A DNA stretch of 64,000 nt from Balanoglossus misakiensis (lineage: Eukaryota > Animalia > Hemichordata): NCBI GenBank assembly GCA_040954595.2, contig CM082586.2:8153337-8217336 (forward strand), read 5' to 3'. The notes below the pieces were generated by a model. It did no database searches. It was not told the DNA's origin and saw only the letters and a list, made by a program, of their open reading frames with translations. Shown piece after piece: positions 12,858 to 23,200 of the stretch. A program made the translations under genes and the position numbers. Within the stretch, counting starts at the first letter, position 1. Each line of letters begins with the position of its first letter.

Positions 12858-13143
12858 GTACGAGTATGAAAATTACTTTGCTAAAACACGAATAAATTTG
12901 ATTTAATCTGTACTTGTTATGTATGACATTATTCTCACCCAAAAATGTTTATTCAAGCCGAAAATTACAAAATATTATCTTTTCATCATCGAAGTATGTT
13001 TTTCGATGATAAAATATGTATTTAACAATTTCCGATGTGAAAAAACAGTGATTTGGTGCAAAAAATATCATACATAACATGTCGAGAGAGTTTGATCAAA
13101 TATAATCATATTTTTACAGAGTTTAATATTTTCATACTCGTAC
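12858..13143. repeat. 16-bp inverted repeat pair, possible MITE or Crypton terminus
   Basis: GTACGAGTATGAAAAT (12858-12873) and ATTTTCATACTCGTAC (13128-13143). Confidence 0.6.
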
Positions 13144-13307
13144 TGCAGATGCCAAACCGCGATTGTCGCCCGAAAATGCTTAAGTACTTTCAGTCTCTCG
13201 AACCCGCACCTTGACCCGCTGACCCGATACTGTAACCGGCCAAGATGGCGAGCATTCACCAGTGTAGTTCGGTCCATTAAGCTGATTTTATATGTTTAGA
13301 TATAACC

Positions 13308-16300
13308 ATGGCAACCACTAGCAAAGATATCCTCCCCCTCAGGGCTTTATTCCTCAGTTTAAGTAACGAACTGGGTGAGGAAGAGGTAACAATACTCAAA
13401 TTTTTACTGTCTGGAAGCCACATTAAGGCAAAGGACGCGGAGAAGGCGAAGACTGCACTGGAATTATTCATGCACCTAGAAAAGCGTGGTCATGTGTCTA
13501 ATACGGATGTGGAACTACTTGTAAACCTGATGAAACATTTAAAACTCGCACGGTTAAAGGATGAAGTGGAGGAGTTCCAGAGACAATCAAAATCGGTTGC
13601 AGCGGGTAAGGCGTTATCAGACATTACCGCTACATGCCGCCATTGTTGCAGTAACTGTACTCAGGGAACGGAGCAAGTCGCACGACAACATGTCGTTTGA
13701 GAGCCAATCCATTTAAAACGAAGAATGTTTAATACGGAGCATATTCAAACACAATGGAAGTATTTGGGTTACACATTGCTTTTATAAGTTCGAATCAATC
13801 CGATCGGAAAAATAAGTGCAGACAAGTTGTCACACATTTAAGGTCATGATTTGGTTAAACTGAGCGTACGTGTGTCAATACATGAGAAGTAGGTCAGTAG
13901 GAGGAGTCGGCCATTTTTTGAACTTCTGTATATCTGTATATGCGCATTGATACTGAGCAAATACTTGCCATGTGGGGCAATTTTCTTCCAAATATCGACA
14001 CGATCGGTACATAATAAATACATAAAAGATGCTGAGTATATCACAGTCGCGCTATAATCAAATATCTACAACAAACCCAAGTATCACAGGTCAAACCTTG
14101 CATATACAGAGAATTGAGATTATCATACGCCATGAATTAAATATGCAAATTAGTCACATGTCCATTAAATTATTTTTCAGTATTTCACGGCAAATGAGTA
14201 ATTATAAACAAGAAGGACTACATTCTGTTTGTAAACATCGAACACCAAGAACGCTAGAGCAAAGTTATGATCGCCAAAAAATTGTGATTTTTCAACACTG
14301 TGGCAGGTCATCAACCATTATCCTTCCGAACTATTGTCAGATTAACAAAACATTTGTCAGTATATATGGGATTCTTGAAAATTAAGAAAAAAATCTCTGG
14401 CTATCGCCAGTTCTCAAATATTGCAGATGCGATCTCCGACATAGGTGACTATTGGCGAAATAGCCCAACATGTACCCTTTGCACAACAGAGATTGCATCA
14501 TTTTGTCGTATGGACTGCCATCTTTGTGTTGCATAGTTTCTGTCGCATCACTGTGCTGATAATCAAAATGCCACGATCGGAACTTTGATTTTCGTCAAAT
14601 CTGGGGTAACATATGCAATAATAACAGAACTTCATGACCTCTGCGCGCGATCTGTGCTGTGCAGAAGTTATTTTGGCGAGTGCTGAGGCAGCACTTACTT
14701 TCATGAGCGCAACAAGTGAAGAAAAAGCAGAATACTCCGCATCACTCATACAGACTGATATAATAACTTCTGTACGGCTCAGAGCGCGCGCAGAGGTCAT
14801 TAAGTTCTGTGTAGGGAACAGATTGAATGTAAATGTTTTGAAATGCTGTTATATTATCAAATTGAGTGCACTTTTTATCATTTAATTTCACAGCAGGGAA
14901 AAGAAGGCGGCGATGCAGTGTCACTGACCTACGAGGACCGGAAATGCAGCCCTGTGTTGGTGAGTACGAAAATAGTGATTATACTAAAGGGGCCCTTTCT
15001 TTATTAACTACAGGACGCTAGTAATGGTTTACCTACGTATAGTTAATGTAATTCACATTGGAATGACAACAACCTTTACACAGTAGATAATACTTCTCTA
15101 GGACTAGGAAAGTAGGAGTGTCCGTAAATGAAGGCATTTGGGTACCTGGCAGCTCAGATATTGCAATGTGTCTGTTTAGCTCTGTTGGCTTATTGGTGAG
15201 CATGTGAGCTGTTGTTTGCTCCCCAGAGAGTTGTATGGAATAAAATTACCGGTAGGTCAAATGACCAGGGGTTATTGTAAAGCGCCATGAGCACAACAGG
15301 TTGTGGATATGTGCGCTATATTAGAACTCACTATTAATGCAGTAGAAATGATTTTTTTAACATGAGACTTTCGAGTTGTTGGGAAACACAAGATTTGAAC
15401 ACATGTCACAAATGCGGGCCGCACTACATTCAGTCACATATAGTCAACTGGAACAACACTTGTGAAGACGCTCGCAAAATAAACATGAAGGACAAATCAA
15501 GAAAGATTCCTCCTTCAAAAGCAAAAACGGTTGGATACCCAGCTCAGATCTTGTCGTGCCCACTGTTATCCATGTCCGTCTCAATTCGTTTGTTGGGGGC
15601 ATGGGTAGAAGGTCATGCCATGTAGCCTTGTGTTTTTTTCGCATTTGTTGGCCTATTTTGAAGCTGCAACAGAACAAATCAAAGTCTACCGGAGTTGGTT
15701 ACGGATAGGAAGTCTATATCATGTATATATCGCCTGCTGGTTATCGCCTTCCGTAGAAAACCTTATGTACTGGAAACGCCATGGCAGCCATTTTGTCTGT
15801 GTAAAAGCATTTAGTCACACGTATGAAAATATATCACATACATTTGTGCTTTAATTTCTCTCCCACAGATTTCATGGTAATGCTGACGCTGGTCTTGACA
15901 TTCATGAAGTCAACGGTAGAGTATAAGCTTATGATGGAAGAAAGGAATGAAGAAAAGATCAAAGAATTACTAAGCACAGCCACAGAGATTTTTGAGAATG
16001 AGTTCAGCGAAACAATTGGTGGAAATAATCCAGACATGAAGAGATTGATAAGAGATGCATTTAAACGTTTCGAACTGGAATTGATCAAGATGAAACGGTC
16101 CTCTGTTAAACTGACTCTGCGGTCATCGAACATTCGTAGCATAGAACGTTTCCAAGACGGAGTGGAAAGTGGTGAAGTTGACAGACAACTGACTGACATA
16201 TTTGTTACAAAGGCGATTAAAGCACTGATCAAAGACCAACCTTTAGAGTTCAGTGTGGAAGCTCACGTTGACCAATCACAATTGAAGATGGGAATACAGT

Positions 16301-19300
16301 ACTTTAAAGGTAAGAGTTCGCTGACAATACCTTGGTGTGTAGAACATTAGGGAAGAAACATTTGATTGGGGGATTTAGGTATGTTAGCAAATTATGTTCC
16401 AGCAAATTTGTTATTCGATTGTCAATACATTCTTTTCTTCAAGGTATTACAGAAGAATTGTTTTACGTCCCAACCATCTGCCAACTACCCCTAGAAATCA
16501 AACAGTTCTTCCCTTAATTTCTAGCCTGGTTAATTTCTTTCATTGACAGTTAATGTTTGTTTATTTTAGCCAGGACAAATTAATACCATGTTTTTTGATG
16601 TGGATCAGCCATAGTAATACAATGCATGGCATTATTTCCAGGACGTATTAACATTGTACATGTATTTAGTGGACTCTGGTGTGAGCGTTATTGTACCAAT
16701 TCACTGGTTTGACGGCAGTGTATAGTGATGTACATTAGTTTGATACGTTTTGTGCCGTTTTCTAACATACAGTTCCGTATATTCTCACAGATTTGCGCAA
16801 AGACAACAAGGTTTTTGCCGGAGCCAGGAGCAGAAAATTACAGCAACCAAGCCTAGGTGAATTCCCCTGTGTAGATCAACTGAATCTGATTTCAACAAAA
16901 TGGCCGGCCAGACAGGAAGTGGCAAAGTTTGGTCTTGTTATGTTAGACTGTAGTAAAGGTTTCCGGAAACGACTTACAGTACAGCATGGCATTCATCAGA
17001 GAAAGATCACATATCTGGAGCAGACGAAATCACTCCAACAAGAAGAAATCAGTCGGCTCCAGAGTGCCAAAGAACGAGCAGAAAAAATAGCTGTGCGTGA
17101 GAGGACAAAACGGATTGCTCCACCAGTGGTATGTAAGAATTAAAAATACACATGTAATAATGATGTATTTCTACCCTGAAATTTTTTTTTATAAACTCTG
17201 AGTGAAATAGTGTTTTTAAAAATGCAGACACTGTGACGTCAGCTTTAGAGTACAATCATATCTTATGTCAGCAGCGCATATGAGAAATTTCCTGAGCAAA
17301 AGGTCATTCAAGGAATTTTGATAATTAATTTTCCTCTTGTGTGCGTCAGTCTTGAGTAATTTCTCTCACAAGGAAAAAAATATCAAACACGTCGAATATT
17401 TTGATCCACAGCACAAAAGTAATAAAAATCGCCCCGAACATGAGTGGAAATTTGATTAGCAAAATTCCTCGAATGACTTTTCGCACAACAAAATTCTCTC
17501 GTGTGCGGCAGCTTTTATATGCTGTATGCACTTGCTACACTGCAATACTCAAATGAACATCGCTAGTTTCTGTAAACTAAGTTGAATATAATTTCTTTTT
17601 GAGAAACCTTAGCCCTGTTTAAATATGTATTTAGATATTTTAATAGTTTTAATGATTTCTTAATTAATACCTGAACACTAATATCACAATTGTAGGTTAG
17701 CTCTGGAGGCTAAGAAAAGTCGCCAATTGAAAATGTGAATGTTTTTCTGAGTGCATGAATTCGAGATAGTAAAAGCCACAGATACATTATCAATTGAGAA
17801 AACACACAAACAAGCATACATAAACAATTTAAGGCAAGATTGATCTAGCTTAGTCACAATGAAAACTGAATCATAGAGACCTGTACGAAATTTGATGAAA
17901 ACACAGTGCCCTGCACCCGGGGCCCGCTAAATTGTCATAGGATGAATTTAGTCAACATTTGTGCATCACTGCCAAATAAAACTTTACTCACCAATTTTGA
18001 TTTTCGCACTAATTTCCAGGACGAAGTTCCTCAAAATAAGCACAGAACAGAAGACGTAGAAGAAGGTCAATGTGAAGGTTGCAAAGAAACTGAATCGCTA
18101 CATAGATGCAGAGAATGCAGTGCGAAGTTTTGTTCTTCCTGTATAGTTGTCCATGAAGACACAGAAGCGGTCAAAGGTCACAGTGACGTCACACTCGACA
18201 AATACTTAGAAGAAATTGCAAGTCAGAAATCACTGCAAAGTCAAGTATACTGCAGCTTTCACACACAGAATGAAGTACATCTGTTTTGTGATAGTTGTCA
18301 AGTATGCATCTGTCCTCAATGTATTGCCAAACATCCAATTCCTGACCATGTCCACAGAGAGATACAAGAAGCAGCTGATGATTACAGAAAACAACTGAGC
18401 GAGATGGTGACGAAGTTGAGAAGTAATGAACAGGCCGTCAAGTCACGTGACACTGGGGGCGAGACCATCAAAGATGACCTGGAAGTGTATCGTCAAGAAG
18501 AAGAGAAGAAAGTGAGAAATAAAGCAAAACAGAGAATAAAAATGGTGAAGAGGGAAGAGTTCAGACTGGTTGAAGAGATGAATCTTGGATATAAGATGAT
18601 CAGACAAACCATTGAAAGTGAGGTCGATGATTGGGAAGAAATACATGGAAATATTTCCAAGGCATGCGATTATATTGACGTACTGGTGCATGATGGGAGT
18701 TCTGCTCAACTCATGTCATCCAAGAAACCGACGCTGTTTCGCATTCAAGAATTCGCTCATAAAGTGAATCAATTCATAAAATGTGAGTTGATCAAATTCA
18801 ACCCTTCTGCAGACCCTCCAGAGCATGGAATGCTGGGATTACTGACATTAGATATCAGTGCATCACAGTGTAGAGTAGAGGGCATTCCCAAAAGACTCGT
18901 CAGGGGGGAGTCTGCTGACGTCATTGTCAGAATCGAAGACAGAAGAGAGAAACCAGTCACACCATACAAAGCAATCACAGCAAAGATATGCAAAGAAGAT
19001 GGGTCACAACAAGACGTTGGAGTGATTGACAACAGAGATGGTACACACAGTTTGAGAATTCATGCAGATGTCGGTGGTAGACATGAAGTCAACATAACAC
19101 TAGGTGATCAGCCGATACCAGGATCACCATTTGTAATTTCTGTTAAGGGTTTGGTGAAGATAATAGGCAAAGGTCAGCTTAAGAACCCATTAGGGATAAC
19201 TACGAATAAACACGGCGACTTTGTTACAGCTGACCCGGGTAACAATAGGGTACACATAGCCGACAGAGATGGAAATTACAAATCAAGTTTAACCTTCACT

Positions 19301-19984
19301 AAGTTTGAAAAGCCATTCACACCATGCGATGTGGCAATATCAGCTGATGATGAATACTTCATGACAGATTATGGCAACAACCAAGTAGTTGTAAGTGATG
19401 AGGATGGAGAAGTACTCAGGCCCTTTGGACAACCTGAACTGAAATATCTCCATGGAATTGGTATCAGTCCTCTTGATGGCAGTGTGTATGTCACAGACTA
19501 TGATGGAAAGGCTAATGTTGACACAGACAAGGAAGGTAGTCACTGTGTCAGGAAATACACACAGCATGGTCAGCACATCAAATCCTTTGGAAAGTATGGC
19601 ACTGCAGAGGGAGAATTCTACGGACCTGTACAGGTGGATATCAACAGTCAAGGAGAAGCATTTGTAACAGATCACAACAATAGCCGAGTTCAGGTGTTCA
19701 GTGCAGACTGTGAGTTTTTATACTCATTTCACAACATCAGCACAGAAGACAGCCTGAAATGGCCAACGGGAATAGTGACAGATAAAGACGGAAATGTGTA
19801 TGTCTGTGAGAAAGGACACAAACGCGTGGTGAAGTTAGACAGCAGAGGGAGATTCATATCTCGCATTGACAGTGATGAGGATGGACTTGAGTGGCCACAT
19901 GGTATCACACTGACCAATGATGTGCCATGCAGAATGGCTGTAGTTGACCATGAAAATGACTGCATTAAAGTGTTTGCCCAATAA
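13308..19984 (+). CDS. RING-less TRIM-NHL protein with N-terminal DED and TRADD-N-like domain, copy A (~1034 aa; TRIM2/3-like body)
   Basis: Exons: 13308-13605 (DED), 14897-14959 (GKRRRRCS...), 15869-16309 (TRADD-N-like), 16791-17128 (coiled-coil linker), 18020-19984 (B-box1, B-box2 CSFH...FCDSCQVCICPQC..H, coiled coil, filamin DNRDGTH...IPGSPF, six NHL repeats). All introns are GT-AG with phases 1,1,1,0 and the frame is open throughout. Confidence 0.88.
14624..14810. mobile_element. palindromic MITE-like element in intron 1 of copy A
   Basis: ACAGAACTTCATGACCTCTGCGCGCG pairs with CGCGCGCAGAGGTCATTAAGTTCTGT, with further inner pairing. Confidence 0.6.
15100..15335 (+). mobile_element. SINE remnant with Nin/Deu-like core and L2-like 3' tail
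   Basis: GGGTACCTGGCAG...TTTGCTCCCCAGAGAG...GTAAAGCGCCATGAGCAC...GCGCTATATTAGAA...TATTA resembles L2-partnered SINE 3' ends, recognised from memory. Confidence 0.4.
17281..17505. repeat. old palindromic MITE-like element in intron 4 (also ~33615-33835 and ~44640-44865)
   Basis: GTCATTCAAGGAATTTTG pairs with CAAAATTCCTCGAATGAC. It is present in all three complete copies. Confidence 0.55.
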
Positions 19985-20164
19985 ACACAGCGGTAAACGT
20001 TGTGTATCCTGGAAGTTACAAAGAAAACAAAGAAACGTTGGGAATTTCACCAATACACACAGAACAATAGTGTCACTGAGGATAAGGGAAACATGAATAG
20101 AATTCGTGTACTATTGTGAATACTAGTATGTTCCACAATAACTTACAACCTAAATTAGAGAATA

Positions 20165-21013
20165 ATACTAATATTTTATATGTTGGATACAGTGGCTAGT
20201 CAGGCTATGCTGCCAAATGAATAAAAACTCACAATTATTCTTGGAATAAATTAAAAAGGATATTAAATCAACAAAGAGGTAAATTTAAATTATTGACAAT
20301 GTGAAGTGTGCAACAGCACAATCCATCAAAAGAAAGCTCTGATACCGTGTAAAGAAAATAACACAAATGTCAGATCTGCGTGTAAGCAATTTGCTTCAGA
20401 AACTCTGAGAGATTCCCAAAAGTTGACAAACTCAGTAAATAGTGAGCATCACATTTGGTAACTAACCAGACCACAGAAAGTAGTGCAACGACCTGGAAAA
20501 ATATTTGCACAGTGACAAATGAAAGCTTTTTGCAGAAGATTTTGCCGTGTAATAAGTATTTGTTTTATTGGAAAAAGAGGGACTCCTTGAATTGTGAATT
20601 TTGTAATATACTTTGTTCTTTCGGACGTAAGTACATACACTGCGCTAAAATCGCGCGCACAATAAGACAGTTATTTTGTAGAGATTTTGGTTTATTAGAC
20701 TTTCACATCATTTTCAGTTGTATCACATATGACGTGTTCTCAAAAACTGAAAACATTGTTAATTTATTGGTTTTAATCTGCAAATTGGGTTTTCATAAAT
20801 ACCGGTTGAGTGAAACGAGCATGCCTTTAACTGTACTGTTGAAATATGAGTTCACGTTGAGATACAAAGAATACAAGGAAATATAAAATTACCCAGAAAG
20901 ATTAAGAATTTCAGAACTACTTGTATCTATAATGTCTTTTTCAGTTTTGTTATCTTCTTTGGTTTTGTTTTAATAAGCCGATGTATTGTAAGATTTTAAT
21001 AAAAGAAAAAAAA
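20165..21013 (+). mobile_element. L1/Tx1-like LINE 3' remnant downstream of the stop codon (also ~36330-37180 and ~47515-48352)
   Basis: ORF 20455-20886 FLQKILPCNKYLFYWKKRDSLNCEFC...HCAKI...IVNLLVLICKLGFHKYR resembles the ORF2 C-terminal zinc-binding region. It ends in AATAAA plus an A-tract. Confidence 0.65.
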
Positions 21014-23200
21014 GGATCACATTTGATGTTTGGATGTCCTTTTTCATTACAAAACTAATACTCAGGAGTTACTACATTAATGAAAAAATGGATAAAATTA
21101 CAAAATCGTCATAAATCGTCACACCCTCACTTGCTCCACCTGTATTCGAAAAATCTACAGCTGTGAATGAAAATAAAATATTGCCTGATATGTAGGGATG
21201 ACGAATATCAAAAGCAAAGTTGACGGAAAGAAGATGAGACCTGAGACGCTGAGACCAAATAGAAAAGGAACCAAAACTGACATTTAATGATGTCATTATA
21301 TTGACCAGTTTCCTGCAGGACGACGCATTGTGTCCATGTCTGACCTAAGGTCAAGTTTCAATAGTATTTTATAGGACTTTGCGTGATTACGAAACACGTT
21401 TATTAGCACAGAGGGAGATATGTGTTCAACCCTATGAGAAAATTTAGCCACATATCCCGTAAGAACTGTTAAAACACCGTTAAAACTAAAGAACGAAATT
21501 ACTACACGCCACAGATAAACTCATTTAAAATGGAGGTGGTTTTCGACGAAACCAAGGAATCCTCCTCACACATGTCGTTATCAAAATCACTTAAGCCCCC
21601 TCCCTCAGAATATGACTGCTTCAAAGAAAGTTGGTAATAAATCTGGTTATAATTAACTGCCAAAGTTTTAAAGTCATACCTACAAACATTTATTGAAGTC
21701 TTTGTATCAGACGGCCCATATGTCTTGTCAACAAGCTATAAAATGTGGGTTGACATATCAATGAGGTCATATAAAGATTACTGTATAGCACGGGCATAGG
21801 GAATACATGTACAAGGTAATTAAACCAACAGCCGCAATCTACATTGATTTCCTTATTCCTGTATGCAAGTCTCTAAATGCACAATGGGTCGAAATTTGCC
21901 AGATTTAATAATACTATGTACCAATAGTAACAATGTTGTGCGCTTATTAAGTCTTGGCAGGTCGCCAGTTTTGGTTTCAGAAGTCGGTCAATGATTGGCC
22001 TTCTCCTTATCTCTATGGTAATCAATAAATGTTAGCAGACACAAGTGCGCGTTGCTTTATGTCTTTATTAGACATGTCTTAAAACAAACATGCATAGCTG
22101 AACTGCCAGTCTTCCGTTTGACTACAGTGGAACTTGTTTTAGTAGAATATGTTGAACGGGTTCGCAATTTGAAGGGGGTGTGGCGCAGAATTGTCTGACA
22201 ATGAGGTAACACAGTATAGTCATAGTATGGGGTGAGATCCCAGCCAAAATACATGTATTTATTAATTTAGCTAGAGTTACCATGGTAAATTGAGATCATG
22301 CCAATCACATAGTTCAGTGGGTGGCACCATATGTTCTTCAGAACACTCAGAAACGCTATTTTTGCCATTTATGGACATATGTAAATTGGAGGTGGCCATG
22401 TACTTTTAACTGAGGCTACGGTCAAAATCGCATGTTCGAACGACAAAAGCGAGCTCGAGACACGGGTGAACCAATACAAGTTGTCTGCCACCAGGCATGA
22501 GTTGTCATCATTCCTCCGGGCCTGGTGTTTTCACAAGTGTAGAACACACAACATAGACACAGGTTGGGCCGTAACTTGTCAACCGAATTATGTTTAATAC
22601 TCCCATTGAGTTGACTGTTGGGACCAGACTTTGCGTGATAATGAAACACGTTTATTAGCACAGAGGGAGCTATATGTGTTCAACTCTGAGAGAAAATTTA
22701 GCCAAATATCCCGTAAGAACTGTTAAAACGTTAAAACACCTATTGAGTTGACTGTTGGGACCAATACTGACAATGAGGCAATTACGCATGAATTATTGCC
22801 TGATTATAGGGATAGATGTGACGAATTTCAAAAGCCAAGTTGTACTATACGAGACAGTGACAGACATTGTGTAATTTTGTTTTCCAGAGCGGTTTCTATC
22901 ATGACACTGTGAGCAAGTAGAAGGGAACCAAAACTGACATTTAATGATGTCATTGACCAGTTTCCTGCAGGACGACGCATTGTGTCCATGTCTGACCTAA
23001 GGTCAGGTTTCGTAATAATAATAATGCTTTATTTGCATTTCAAGGCCTCCGGCCCATGTGCAAAGGGGGGTTACATTCAGTATTTCCATTACTTCGTCAA
23101 AACAAAACAAAAACAAAACAAAAAGATACAAACATCACGTGGATAATGAAAACGGAAGTAAGTTACAGTGGGAGACAATTACAAATCAGTAGTGAAAATG

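Noticed and set aside
17906-18019. N-terminal extensions of the large TRIM ORFs (also 34174-34194 and 45297-45374) as real start regions
   Set aside because: They are not conserved in copy B and end at a conserved TTTCCAG acceptor, so they are intron 4 sequence.
18216-20053. Antisense and alternate-frame ORFs over the TRIM exon, recurring in each copy
   Set aside because: These are shadows of the real coding frame, and they recur because of the duplication.
22993-23005. TGACCT-A-AGGTCA as a nuclear-receptor everted repeat
   Set aside because: It is a short motif far from the TSS, is repeated only through spacer duplication and is disrupted by insertions. There is no functional support.
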